Assembly (NCBI RefSeq): GCF_009914755.1
Contig: NC_060946.1
Origin: the human T2T-CHM13v2.0 reference genome, Homo sapiens
Reading direction: 5' to 3' (one strand)
Length of the DNA: 64,000 nucleotides
The stretch's first letter is position 1; each line of letters begins with the position of its first letter. The translations under genes were made by a program, and so were the position numbers. The notes beneath the pieces are model-generated. The model saw nothing but the letters and a program-made list of their open reading frames with translations. It ran no database searches and had not been told where the DNA came from. This document shows positions 17,196 through 46,320 of this stretch, one piece after another.

Positions 17196-17438
17196 TAATT
17201 AATGAATTCAACAAAGGCTGTCTGAGTGCTGCCTCAGAGTTGAAAACCAGTCACCCTGGATCCCCAGATCTCCAGTCTAGGAGTGGTGGCAGTCAATTTG
17301 GTATTCATTTCCAAGGCTGGAGAAGGATGTGATTTTTTTTTTTTTTTTTTTTGGTGAGACAGGGTCTTAACTCTGTTGTCCAGGTTGGAGTGACCTGGTG
17401 TGATCTCTGCTCACTGCTAATTTTTCTATTATTTGTAG

Positions 17439-17861
<423 letters not shown>

Positions 17862-18143
17862 TCCCAGCCCCTAATTCTTATGTTCATCAATCAATCTCTT
17901 GCTGGGGTTCCCCTAGGAGGAGGTGAAATGACCCCAGCTCGCTGTTCCTCACATGGGTGCTGCCGTGTCACTGGCTCAGGCTCAGTTGCTGGGTCACCAG
18001 TAGAATGGACCCTTCCTCCACCTCAGTTCAGAGCACAGTGATGATTCGTGACTTTCTTTCCCAATAGAACTTCAAATCTCTGAAGACGGGGGGTGGGGGG
18101 ATGTGCTTGAGTGTTTGTACTCATGGTCTTGTTCTAGAAGTGA

Positions 18144-18710
<567 letters not shown>

Positions 18711-18730
18711 TGATCTCCAAAAAAAAGGCT

Positions 18731-19023
18731 GGCTGGGCATGGTGGCTCATGCCTGTAATGTCAGCACTTTGGGAGGCCGAGGCGGGTGGATCACGAGGTC
18801 AGGAGATCGGGACCATCCTGGATAACACGGTGAAACCCTGTCTCTACTAAAAATACAAAAAATTAGCCAGGCTTGGTGGTGGGTGCCTGTAGTCCCAGCT
18901 ACTTGGGGGTTGAGGCAGGAGAATGGCGTTAACCTGGGGGGGGCGGAGCTTGCAGTGAGCCAAGATTGCACCACTGCACTCCAGCCTGGGTGACAGAGTG
19001 AGACTCCGTCTCAAAAAAAAAAA
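18731..19023 (+). mobile_element. AluY-like in the RFPL1 intron
   Basis: gaccatcctgg, gaatggcgt and gagcttgcag diagnostics; A tail. Confidence 0.93.
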
Positions 19024-19049
19024 CCTGATGTCTATGTCATGGGTTAGAC

Positions 19050-19275
19050 AAGGGATTCTCTAAACTTAGTGTGCTCAGATTACCTGGGGATCTTGTTAAA
19101 ATGCAGATGCTGAACTGGGAAGTCTCAGGATTGATCCCGCTGGCTTGGGGACTTTGCTGAGTAGCAAAAACACAGAGCAACTTAATTTGAATTTCTCTCT
19201 AGCAAAGGTTCCCAGGACTCTGACATTTAAATGGGCCTGGTAATTCTAATGCACAGTGAGTATTGGCACCCACTG
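19050..19275. mobile_element. MER5-type hAT elements in the RFPL1 intron
   Basis: ttacctggggatcttgttaaaatgcagat signature; a similar relic at ~13295-13370 lies in the pseudogene intron. Confidence 0.6.
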
Positions 19276-19945
19276 TACCAAACAACCTCACCCCAGGGTT
19301 GGGAAGAGTTTGGAATGGAGCACCTATGGTGTTTGTTTCTGTGAGTGGGGCGAGTTGCAGACGCTGGTCTCCTCATCGGTGTGCCATGGACTTCAACAGG
19401 GGTCCTGGCTACAGAAAATACTATCACTCTCCATAACTCTGGGGAATAGGGACATTTAAATGAAGAGGTTATGGTCAGCCTGGGCAAAGAATTACACCTA
19501 TAAATGGTGGTGGCTTCTGCCCTGACACCCATGATCTCTACTCATCCACCTACCCATACCTGACTGTGTCTCTGCTGAAATATGGAGGACAGATTCACCC
19601 TGCCTAAGTCATGTTTGGAACCCTCTTCCTCCTTCCTTGTCCATGTCCACTCATCTCATTTCATTCCCTAATTCACCATCAAACAGCAATCAGTCTCCTC
19701 AAGTCTTACTGTAATCTATAAAATCTATATTGGTGATCATCAGTTTTTTGACTTGAAGGATCATATGTTCTGTAGATTTTTTTTTCAGAATGCTCTGGAC
19801 AATTAATTTTCTTTAGGCCAGATCACACTGCCTCCTCCATGAGAATTGGCAGCTTCACCTATCAACCACATACCCAATGCATTAAATTATTGACCTTTGT
19901 ATTTACTGCCCTTATTCTCTACGATCAGTCAGTTATGACGAACAA

Positions 19946-20253
19946 CTTTCTTTTTTTTTTTATTTTTTGAGATGGAGTCTCGCTCTGCCGCCTAGGCTGG
20001 AGGTGCAGTGGCATGATCTCTGCTCATTGCAAGCTCCGCCTCCTGGGTTCATGCCATTCTCCTGCCTCAGTCTACCGAGTAGCTAGGACTACAGGCACCC
20101 GCCACCATGTCCGGCTAATTTTTTTGTATGTTTTTTAGTAGAGACAGGGTTTCACGTGTTAGCCAGGATGGTCTCGATCTCCTGACCTCGTGATCCACCC
20201 GTCTCGGCCTCCCAAAGTGCTGGGATTACAGGTGTGAGCCACCGCGCTCAGCC
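19946..20253 (-). mobile_element. AluY-like in the RFPL1 intron (antisense)
   Basis: gcaagctccgcc and ttagccaggatggtctcgatc diagnostics. Confidence 0.93.
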
Positions 20254-20763
20254 AACAAACAACTTTCAAATACCTTTCTCTTCACTCCAAAATTTACCAT
20301 TGTTTTGCTTAAGGTTTCACCTCCCATGTAGGATGGAAAACATTCTTTCATCTAAGGCCCCCCTCTTCCTCCTGGCCTTGGAGCCTCCTAATGTCCAGGA
20401 CCGGCACCTCTGTCATCACATTGTCAGCTGCAGAGATACCCTACCTGCTGTCAGAACCATGCACAATTAATTTGCTTACAAACATGGAAAACAAAGGCCT
20501 GGAATCATGCTCTATATACTGAGTTGAGCAATACAAGATGGAAGCAGAAACATATTTAACATCGACCATTTGCATTGTCTTAATTATCATTCATTTTTTC
20601 ATGCATCAAGGTGGTAGAAAGGGGGTCATGGTGTCTGCCTTCAGAGACCCTCCACTCTAAATGAAGAAAAGTCCAATGAAGCAAACACGTGACATAAAGT
20701 AAAATAATTGCTACTGTGAATAAGAGTTGGGTATTGCCACAAAGCATACCTATGAGAATTTGA

Positions 20764-21498
<735 letters not shown>

Positions 21499-21812
21499 GC
21501 CCCCACTGCAAAAAAACAAAAAACAGGTTAAGAAAATTACTTGGGTGGGCAGACTTAGGAACGCTCTACTCGGTAAAAGCGTTATACAAAGTCATAGGAG
21601 AAAAATATGGGACAATTCATGATTATACTTAATCTAATTTGATTAGTTTATAAATTGAGTCCTAAGTATTAATTATTGCCACCATCCAACTCATTGAGTC
21701 TTATGGTTCACATCTTGTTTCCTATAGAAATATTCTGTATTCTGGGATCAATTTCCAAATGCTTTTTTATTTCTGTAAGTTCAAATTAATGTATTATAGA
21801 AGTTATGAGTTA

Positions 21813-21818
21813 AATAAA
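21813..21818 (+). terminator. RFPL1 polyadenylation signal
   Basis: AATAAA about 315 nt after the stop codon, at the end of an AT-rich 3'UTR. Confidence 0.75.
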
Positions 21819-22309
21819 CATTGGAATATCACCTAATGGATTATGTGACTTTCTTTCCTCAGCCTCCTGAGTAGCTGGGATTACAGGCAACTGCCACCAC
21901 GCCTAGCTAATTTTTTGTATTTTTAGTAGAGACAGGATTTCACCATGTTGGCCAGGCTGGTCTCGAACCCTTGACCTCATGATTCACCCACCTCAGCCTC
22001 CCAAAGTGCCGGGATTACAGGCATGAGCCACTGCACCCAGCCGGATTATGTGATTTTCTAAATGATAGGAGTACGATAGATTTTATTCATAGTAAATGCG
22101 TGAGCGTGTGTATGTGTGTGCGTGTGTGTGTGTGTATTTGGACAGAGAGCTGGATAAATGCCTATGTCCTAACCAGAACTGAAAAAACAAGTTGTTGCCA
22201 TCATTGCTCAGTATAGGTAACATTTTCCTGGATGTGCATTCATCTACATTAACAACGATAATTCCCCCCAATTAATTATTATAATTATTAATTATAATTG
22301 TTAACAATT

Positions 22310-23330
22310 AATAAACCTCTGCAGGCTAACAAAGCAAAAAAAAAAAAAACAAACAAACCACACATTACTCATATTAGAAATGAAAGAGGGGCCACGTCTA
22401 CCAAACTGTTGAGCATTAAAAGGATAATCAGGGACTGTTATGAATGACTCTATTCCCACAGTTTGATAACACAGTCTCTCAATTCCTTGAGAGACATAAT
22501 CTTCCCAAGGTCACACTAGAAACAGACAATCTGAACAGCCTCTGCCTATTAAGTGAATTGACATTAAGAACATTCCAAAAAGACAACACCAGAACCAAAT
22601 GATTTCTCTTATGAAATCCACCAAATTCTTATGAATCCTAACATATTTTCACAATATAATCCAAAAATTGTGCTCCTAGGTATGTACTCAGCTGAAATGA
22701 AAAGTTATGTCCACACAAAGCCTGCACAGGAATGTTTACAGCAGCTTTATCTATAACCACCCAAACTAGAAGCAAGATGTTCAAGAGGTGAATGAAAAAA
22801 AAAATCATCCATAAAACACAGTATTATTCTGTGATTTAAAGGAGTTCTCCAACAAGGCATAGAAAAGACAATGGCATATATCAGAAAGACTGTGAGGGCA
22901 TGCCTTCACTGGATGAGACACACAGAAAGGCGGCAGAGCAGGGTGACTTTATGTTAATTAGTGAAGTAAGTTCATCTGAAAAAGCTACATAATACTGGGT
23001 TGGTGCAAAACTAGTTGCGGTTTCTGGCATTTAAAGAATGGGAAAACCGCAATTACTTTTGCATCAACCTAATACATGACTCCAACTACATGACATTCTG
23101 GAAAAGGCAAAACCAAGGGGACGGTAAAAATATCAATAGTTGGTAAGGTTTCTGGAGAAAGAGGACAGAGATTCACAAGTAAAGAAGAGGGAAGTTTTGG
23201 AGCGGGGAGAGTATTCCTCCTGAGATCAAAATGGTAAACATAACATCATAAATATTTCAAAATTCATAGAAATGTGTAACAGGAAGAAAGAACACTATGT
23301 GAATGACAGACTTTAGTTACTAATGTATCC
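22310..23330 (+). mobile_element. Degraded L1M fragments
   Basis: L1-like phrases (attagaaatgaaagagggg; ctcctaggtat; gcagctttat; tatgacattctggaaaaggcaaaac-like). Confidence 0.7.
22995..23072. mobile_element. MADE1 mariner MITE
   Basis: ggttggtgcaaaactagttgcggttt...aaaccgcaattacttttgcatcaacctaa inverted repeats with TA TSDs (22993-22994 and 23073-23074). Confidence 0.9.
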
Positions 23331-23867
23331 CTTTGGCCTTTCTCTTCAAGGATCCCTGAGGAGACAGAGCCCCAGTGCCCTCAGGCATCCATGCTTAGAA
23401 TGAAGCCACACCCCACCCCTGGTATCCAGAATGGTCCGGTTCCAAACGTCCCTGGGAGAACTGTGAGCAGAAGGTCCTGTGCGGCAGAACCCCAGGCCGG
23501 AGGGGTGGCAGGGCTGACCCTGCACATCCAGCAGTTCTGTTTTCTCTCCCTCCCACCCCAGGCTCTTCTCCTGTCATTTCCCTGCATCTCCCTGTTTCTT
23601 CCTGTCTGGATCTTTCTCCTTCCCTCCCTCTCTCTCTCGCGTTGAGTGTGCGTGGTCTCTGTCACTGCTGCCTTGGCCACCTGCAGACGTCTCTCTCTGA
23701 TTCCACCCATGGGTTCACTGACATCCGACATGGGATGCTCTTGGTGCTTCCTAGCACACCAGCCCAGTCCTGAGAGGGAACTGGCAGCCACAGGCACACA
23801 GACTCATAGGGCACAGGAGCCTACGAATACATGGCCCCCTCTTCCGAGCTGCAAGTGGACTATTCTA

Positions 23868-24950
<1,083 letters not shown>

Positions 24951-25157
24951 TTAAGAAAATGAATGGTTTGGGGGCTCAGTGAGGTGGTGGGACTTGTGGG
25001 ACATCCAGATGAAAGAGCAAACCTGAAAGGTGGCCCAGAGGCCAGGACTAAGGATCAGGGAAGCCACAGGTGGATCCAGGACAGTGGATGAGACACACGA
25101 GGTGGATGGGAGTGGGGGTGGCAGAGTTGAGTGGGGGACAGGAGACCAAAAGACAAC

Positions 25158-27020
<1,863 letters not shown>

Positions 27021-28483
27021 TGCTTGGTAAACATTTTAATGATGGGGTTAGTAAGGGGTGGAGCAGGGACTCGAACCTGCATCTGTAAGGCTCTTTTCTG
27101 GCTTTTAACAGCCACTCCTAAGCTATGTGTACCTGGCCCTCCCATGTCACTGTGTGCTCTTTTTTTTTAGAGACCACTCTGTCACCCACCCAGGCTGGAG
27201 AACAGTGGCATGGTCATAGCTCACTGCAGCCTTGAACTCCTGGGCTCGACTGATCCTCCTGCTAATTTTATTATTTTTTGTAAAGACAGGGTCTTGCTAT
27301 GTTGCCCAGGCTGGTTCTTCATCTCGTGATCTGCCTGCCTCAGCCTCCCAAAGTACTGGGATCACAGGTGTGAGCTATGCTCCTGTCTTAGTGGTTGGAA
27401 GCTCAGGATCTGGTTTTGAGAACGGATAATGACAGGTGAGCTGAACAAAGAAATGGTGAAAAAACAGCAGCTCAGGGTGGTCAGGACTCAGAAATGCCTG
27501 TGGTGGACCCACCGTGGGAGCTACAGGTGGACAAATGTACACACTTTGGGATGCGCTCAGACACCCCCTGGAATGCCTGCTGAGATGAATTCTGAGTATA
27601 CGCTTGGCTCCTGCTAGAGGGTTGAGCTGGACTTCCTGACTGCTCACCAGTCCCATGCCAGGCTCTATCTGATGCATTTCTTTTTATTTTATTTTATTTT
27701 ATTTGATTATAAACCACCTTTTGAAAATATCTAATGCATTTCAACCCCCAAAAATGTGCTGAGCTACCCAGGGCTACCCAGCGCTGCCACTGCCCCTTCA
27801 GCTCTCTCTACCCTGGCACCCTCTCTCCTTCACTCCTGTCACTGGCTCACCTGGGCCCTGCCTCCCTGGCCTGGGTGGCATTAACAGCCTCCAACGGGCT
27901 TCTTTGCCACCAGCCTCCCCATCTTCCTGGCCAAAGCAATGAGCCTTCCAGTAGAGCCCCAACCAGATGCCCCTCCTGCTTACGACCCGCTGAAATCCCT
28001 GGATAAAGTGCAAAGCCCTCTCTGAGGCCTCAAGGCCCCTCAGAACACAGCCCTGTGCCCCATCTGGCTTCATATCTCCACCATCCCTCCTGGAGCCAGT
28101 CCCACCATGATGAAGACAGTTGGCCCCACCACACTGAACTGCTTGCAGTGTCCCCACACACATCACCAAGTAGAGGCAGGCCCTGCCACTCTGGAGTCCT
28201 GTGATATAGGCCCACAATACTTACTTCTCTGTGTCTCAGTTTCCCCATCTGTAAATTGGGGGTAATAACAGAACCTAGAGGCAAAGTTGCAGGGAAGGCT
28301 TCCTGGGCCGATGCATGTGAAGAGCCCAATAGGGTGTGAGCTCTCAGTACGCCTGAGCTGCTGTTATTAGTAACTCTATCATCACTGGGTTGGTGCCTAC
28401 TTCTCAAGGTTTTGAGGGAGAACAATAAGAATTAGTACCAGGGGCTAGGTGCCGTGACTCGCACCTGTAATCCCACCACTTTA

Positions 28484-28855
<372 letters not shown>

Positions 28856-29482
28856 TTACCTGAAGCCCAGGTGCTTGTGCATGTGCTTAATGTAGTGTCC
28901 ATGGGATGAAGGGGTCTAAGTGGGCTTCAGACATGTTGCAGGATGGGCAGAGGGTGTGCTACCCTCTCGTGGCTAGCTGAGCAGCCATCACTCTGGCATA
29001 GATGAGTGGGATGCTGTGCAGGGTAGCCTGGCTGGGCACCACCGAGTGGGTCTGTGGGGGGAAGCGCTGGCATCGGAGCTCTGATGTCTATGGGAGAGGT
29101 GGTGCCATGAAGGCCAGCAGGGCCCATGGAGGCAGGCTCCACTGCGCATGGGATGGAGCATCCCCCTTAGCTCACGCAGGCCTCCGGAGAGTTTACCCAC
29201 ATGGTCCAGCCACACAGCAGATGGGTATATGCCTGAAATGCAAGGATATAAACATGGTTTACTAGCACGAAGAGATGTTCGCCACACATCGTTGTTAAGA
29301 AAAGAAAAAAGGGCCGGGTGTGGTGGCTCATGCCTGTAATCCCAGCACTTTGGGAGGCCGAGGCGGGCAGATAATGAGGTCAGGAGTTCGAGACCAGCCT
29401 GGCCAAAATGGTGAAACCCTGTCTCTACTAACAATACAAAAAATTAGCCGGGCGTCGTGGTGGGCACCTGTAATCCCAGCTA

Positions 29483-29590
<108 letters not shown>

Positions 29591-29629
29591 TCAAAAAAAA
29601 AAAGAAAAGAACAGAAAAGAAAAAAGTAG

Positions 29630-30095
29630 GTTTGAAAACTTTACATACAACATCCAAAACGTGGAAACAACTCAAATACCCGTCAACTAATAAATGGACA
29701 CAATGTGGTCTATCCGGACAAACAGAGGATTATTCAGCCTTGCGAAGGAATAAAGCACTGACACATGTGACAACACGGATGAGCCTAGAGGGCATTATGC
29801 AAAGCGAAGGAAGCCAGACACAAAGGACAAATATTGTGTGATCCCATTCATATGAAATGCCCGAAGTAGGTAAATCCATAGAGACAGGAAGCCCATTGCC
29901 AGGGAGTGGGGAACAGAGGGTGGGAAGTGGCTGCTAACGGGAACAGGGTTCCTTTGGGGTGATGAAAATGTTTCACAACTAGGGAGGTGATGGTTCCAAA
30001 ATGTTATAAATGTCCTCAATGCCATAGAGTTGTACACTTTACAATGAGTACTTTCATGATATATGAATTTTACTTCAATTTTAAAAAATTAATAA
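29630..30095 (+). mobile_element. L1M 3' end
   Basis: tggaaacaactcaaat..., attatgcaaagcgaaggaagccagacacaaaggac..., ggggtgatgaaaatgtt. Confidence 0.8.
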
Positions 30096-30179
30096 ATAGG
30101 CCGGGTGTGGTGGCTCATGCCTGTAAACCCAGCACTTTAGGAGGCTGAGGTGGGCGGACTGCTTGAGCCCAGGAGTTCA

Positions 30180-30425
<246 letters not shown>

Positions 30426-31337
30426 TTAAGTACACACAAACACAGGCCCACATGTTAGCAGGAGTGGGATCATGGATAACATCTATATTCTTTTTTTTGC
30501 TTATATACATTTCCTAAATCATCCACAATAAACATAAAGAAGGAAAAAAAAAAGTTTTAAAAATATTTGGCAGAGTGCGGTGGCTCAGGCCTGTAATCCC
30601 AGCACTTTGGGAAGCCGAAGAGGGTGGATCACTTGAGGTCAGGGGTTCAAGACCAGCCTATAATCCCAGCACTTTGGGAGGCCGAGGCGGGTGGATCACT
30701 TGAGATCAGGGGTTCCAGACCAGCCTGGCCAACATGGTGAAACCCTGTCTCTACTAAAAATACAAAGATTAGCTGGGCGTGCTGGCATGCACCTGTAGTT
30801 CCAGCTACTCAGGAAGTCAAGGCAGGAGAATCTCTTGAACCTGGGAGGTGGAGGTTGCAGTAAGCTGAGACCATGCCACTGCACTCCAGCCTGGGCTACA
30901 GAGCAAGACTCTGTCTCAAAAAAAAAAAATAACCAAAAAAAAAAAATAAATAAAAAGTACCTACTGTATGCCCAGCTTCATGTGAATCCAAGAAATAATA
31001 TCTGATATTGGCACAGCCCTTGACAGTCACAGAATACCTTCAGCCCCTCAGGAAGCCATTTCTGCATCCTCAGTTTCTAGGTGAGACAATTAAGGCTCCA
31101 TCAAGTCAAGTCACTCTGGGTCCTAGGCCTGGACACCATGAATGCATGGACAGGTGAGAATAAAGAGACACCCCCAAGAACTACAGATGCAGAGCAAGAT
31201 TGCTTTCTTTTTCTTCCTCTTTTTTTAGAGAAAGAGTCTCACTGTGCCACCCAGGCAAGATCATAGGTCACTTTAACCTCGAACTCCTGGGCTCAAGTGA
31301 CCCTCCCATCCAGACTCCTGAGTAGCTGGGACTATAG

Positions 31338-31928
<591 letters not shown>

Positions 31929-31979
31929 TGAAACCTCTGCCTCCTGGGTTCAAGTGATTCTCATATCTCAGCCTCCTAA

Positions 31980-32177
<198 letters not shown>

Positions 32178-32757
32178 TAGTGCATACTGGGCCCTCCTGG
32201 GACAATCTTCTTATTCCCAACAACAGCTCACACTCATGCACACTTCTGAGCCTTTTTCTAGGCTGGACACCTGGCCTGGAAGGTCTCTCTGCCGCTCCCC
32301 ACCGCACCTCACCCCCACCAGCCTATGAGCTTCCCCATCTGGGAAGCCTGCCCTGCTTTGAAGCCAAGAACACTGTGGAAGGAGTTTCTCCCAGCCCTAA
32401 GGATGGGTCTAAGAAAGGAGGTGCCTAGGAGAGGTCCCCACAGGCAGGAGGCCTGCAGCACCCCAGACTCAGCTGGGCTCCTGCTAACCATTTCAGAAAT
32501 ACAGATTTTTAGAAAAAGTTTGTTTTTCCTCTTAACTATAAAAGTGACACATGCTTGTGGTTTAAAAAAAAAAAAAAAAAAAAGCCAAGCGCGATGGCTC
32601 ACACCTGTAATACCAGCACTTTGGGAGGCTGAGGTGAGTGGATCACGAGGTCAGGAGATTGAGACCATCCTGGCCAACATGGTGAAACCCCATCTCTACT
32701 AAAAGTACAAAAAATTAGCCGGGTGTAGTGGCGGGCGCCTGTAGTCCCAGCTACTCA

Positions 32758-32904
<147 letters not shown>

Positions 32905-33009
32905 TCACACTTGTAATCCTAGCACTTTGGGAGGTCGAGGTGGGTGGATCACCTGAGGTCAGGAGTTTGAGACCAGCCTGGCCAACATGGTGAAACCCCA
33001 TCTCTACTA

Positions 33010-33234
<225 letters not shown>

Positions 33235-34362
33235 TCATCCCTGAGTCAGGGTGGCAGTCCCTCCCCGGGGGGCAGAGGAGAGTGCCTATGGTTGAGGCTG
33301 GGGACTCTGCAACTGGGGGTACCAGTATTAAATCAACACCTGCTGATCCCATGGGCCTTGGACAGGTTTCTTGGCTTTTTGGGGGCCACTGTCAAGTGGC
33401 GAGTATAAAAGCACCTCCCCACAGCAAATTAAAATCTGGCATGTGCACATACAGTGCTTGGCGCAGGGCTCACATGAGAAACCTGCTTTCTGGGTGGTGG
33501 CTGGTGTTCTTGGTAAATCTTACATCCTCCCATAGCAGCCAGAAAAGTCCTGGGCAGTCTGAGATCCATAAAGCCTGCTCGATTGCACAGGTAATACTCA
33601 AAGTGACAGTAACAAAATGTAGCCAAGTCCTGTGTTTGGCACCCTCCCCATGGTCTGTGTGCTAGGTGTGCCGGGGTCCTGGCCCAGAGAGTACACTCTC
33701 TCCCCTGCCCCTCACCCACCCTTGTGCCCCAAGCCTGTCCCTCAGAGGCTTCCCTGACCCTGGAGCAGGCCCACAGCAGGCGCGGTGCTGCAGGCAGTGT
33801 CCTCCCAAGTGCTGCGAGAGGCTTTTTCTCTGTAACCTTCCCAAGCTCCCGGCGGCTGTAAGTCTTCTCCTGGCAGGGACTGCAGAGGCTCAGCCTGGTG
33901 CTTGGGCAGGCTGCCTCTCTTGTCCTCCTTCTGGCTCTGCAGAATGCAGCTCCTCTCCAAGGCCAGGGCAAGATGCCCAGGGCCAGGCGACTGCAGCATT
34001 CTTGTCCTCATCCTTCAAGGCCAGCCCGAGGACTGAGTCCCTTCCCCATCTGAAATCAAGGGTCTTGGGTCTGAATCTTTCCTAAGATTCTGATGAGAAT
34101 CATAGTCACTATTTCTAAAGAATGCTCACATACACACAACACACAATTTTGCATAAAACTTTACCAGCTACTTCTCCCACCAAGTTTGTCATGAATCAGC
34201 CAGGTAAAGAATTTCCACATTTCAGGAGCTACTGCTATTTGCAAAAGCAAACTGCAAAACAGAATGTATAGTGTTAATCTTTTAAAAATATAAATTTTAA
34301 CATATAAATGCATAGAAAAATCTGAAAAAATCTGTGTAAGTGGCTCTAATGCTTATCTGTAG

Positions 34363-42717
<8,355 letters not shown>

Positions 42718-44364
42718 GGAGACTCAGTTCCAAGGCAAAAGACTTGGGAGGCGGTGGGGCCATGTGAAGGAAACTCAGAAGCATGGGTATCAGTGAGGAT
42801 ACCTTCAAGATCATTCAATGTGCAAACAGCAAACCTGAGGCCCAGAGAGGTTCCATAAGCCACTTTAGGCCATCCAGCCCACCCATGGCAGGGCTGGGAT
42901 GGAACTTTGTCCTTCTTCTCAAGGCACAACCTGCCCTGATGTCCCAGGTGCCTGGTGGTTGGGGACTGGGGGTGTGGTGGGGTGGGGCTGCAGGCTGTGG
43001 CCTGAGGCAACCTGTCTGCAAACCAGGACCCAGAAAAGAACAGGCCAGGAGTGGTTTGCAAGCAGTTTTGCTGGAGAGAGCCCAGAGGGAGCCATAAATC
43101 AGGCACTGCGGCTACTGGTCAGGAGCAGGGACTAGCATCCAGCAGGGATGCCTGCCCCCCATCTGGGCCCTTCGCCCACCACAGTGACAGGGATGCTGCA
43201 GAGGCTGTGGAGGCCCAGGCCAGGTCCCCAGCCCTGCTGCGGCTCTGCAGGTGGAGGAATGCGGGAGGAGATTCTGAGTTGGGCTCAACTGGCTCTCGCC
43301 GCAGAGAGAGTAGAACGCCCAGAAAGGCTGGCTGGGGGTGGCCTGTTGACCTTACCCTGCAGCCAGGTGGAAGGAGAGGACAGGACAGGAGGGAGGCTTC
43401 AGTCTCGGGCTGGCCAGAGGGTCATGCCTTCTGCAGCTGGGCCTGAAGAAATGGGGGCAGGAAAGGGGCTCGAGGCTCACTGAGGAGCCTACAGCTTCTT
43501 TGGGTGCGTGGGCTGGGTCTGAAAAGGGAGCATCCAGGCTCCACCCTGGAAGTTGGTTGATGCTCTGGGGCAGGGACAGAGACAGGAAAGCTAGCCCTGA
43601 CATGATTCACCATGCGACAAGTTAGCCAAGGGGAGGGGGGGAGGGGACAAAAGGCACCTGATGGCTGATGATATTGATAGCCATAGTGACGACAATGGTT
43701 CCTGTGTATTTACTAGAGATGCTATGCCAGCCACTGTGAGCCTCAGCACGACCCTAGCAGGGAGGTACCATTTATTCCCCTTTTTACAGATGAGGTAACT
43801 GAGGGCCAGAGTGATGAAATGATGGCCTGCACAGCCAGCGGTGCTCCCATCAGCCCTGGCAAACCCTTGCGTGTCCCTTTTCTGGGGCTCTGAGCTCCAG
43901 GCAGGCTGGGGCACAGGCTCTTGCGGTCCCTCCTCCATCTCCTGCATGGTGCCTTGCTCACAAAACACACTCGGTATGCAACCATGAGCGGATGTGTGAA
44001 GTCAGCCCCTCTGGGTGCAGACGGAGAGAACATCCAATCCCCCCACTGCCCTTCTCTACAACTGGCCATGTAACTATATCTAGCAAAGCCCATGGTCTGA
44101 TCTGAGCAGCACAGTGTCCAAAGAGGTGGCCAAGGCCTGGAAAACCGCCCCCACCCATTTCACAGATGAGAAAACTGAGGCTCAGGGAGGTTACGTAGCT
44201 TGCTTGGGGCCCCTAGCCAGCTAGTAGGGGCCCAGGCCCCTTCCCCTTCTCCCGGAACCTATCAGCCCTCTCTGGAGGAGGGCTGGAAGAGCTGCCAGGA
44301 GTAAATAACACCAGTGACAGCCAACATTTAGGGAGCGTGGAACATCTCGTCTGAACCTCTTGGT

Positions 44365-44965
<601 letters not shown>

Positions 44966-46050
44966 CAACAACCTTTTGAATGTGGTATGATTATCACCCA
45001 TTTCCCAGATGGAAGTAATGAAGCTTAGACAGATGAAACCCTTACCTAGGGGTCCTTAATGAAGCAATGTCAAAAAGGATTCAAACCGAGGCCTTCCTGG
45101 CCCCAAGGGCCTGCTCTTTGTCACCAGTTAAGAGAGCCTTGGAGCAAAGGGGCAGCTCTCCCCGACCCTCCTTCTCTCCTCCCCGAGCCCAGGGCCCCAT
45201 CCCCACATTCCTCCATCACCCCTAGAGGTTCTACCAGAAACACTTCGGGACCAGGGAACCCATCCAGTTATTTCCCCACTCTTGCTCTCAATCCTTCAGG
45301 CTGCAGCTATGCCACCTCCTTTGGGAGGCTCTCCCTGGCTGCTCACCTTTCTTGGTACCCCCGCTGCTCATATGTATTTGTCCATAGAAGATCAGGCAGC
45401 CTGGCCTCCTGTGTGTGTGGGTGGGAACCTAAGGCCCTCGGTAAGGTGTCTGAGGTTGGCCAGTGAGGCCAGGCAGAGCCCTGGGGCCCAGGGCCAGATC
45501 TCTGACTTCCTCACCAGTGTTCTTCCTCTGGCCTGTTTCAAACGGGAAATGCTCCAGCTCCAACAAAGTAAAGGGAGCACTGTGCTGTGAGCCTGGGTGC
45601 CCGGGTGGTGTCCTGGCTCCATGGGAGCCGAAACACAGCCACATCCCCTTTGAGGAGGCTCCACCAGGCCCGCATCTCCTCCATCCTCACCCCATTCTGT
45701 CAAGTGGTCCCATCAAGGAGAGGGGGGTAAACTGAGGCTCAGCAAGGCTAGTGGCCTACCCAAGGCCACAGGCACTGAGCCAGGACTCCCCTGCTGACTC
45801 CCAGCTTGCCCCCCACCACATGCTGGGTCAGGAGCCCCAGTTTGAAGCTCTAACAACCCCTGGACTTGCCCCCTCTATCAGTTCTTACAAAATTGGCCCC
45901 AAACTTGCTGGGGAGCTGGGAGCCTGTCTTCTTCATGGCTGTATTCCCAGTGCAGGGTGGGGCCTGAAACACATCTTAGGAAATGTCTGTTGAATGGATG
46001 AGACAGAAGGAGGGAAGGCCCAGGTGCAGTGGCTCACACCTGTAATCTCA

Positions 46051-46320
<270 letters not shown>

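Noticed and set aside
22269-22312. AT-rich stretch with a 16-bp palindrome TAATTGTTAACAATTA (22295-22310)
   Set aside because: Low complexity and far too short to be a PATRR-type element.
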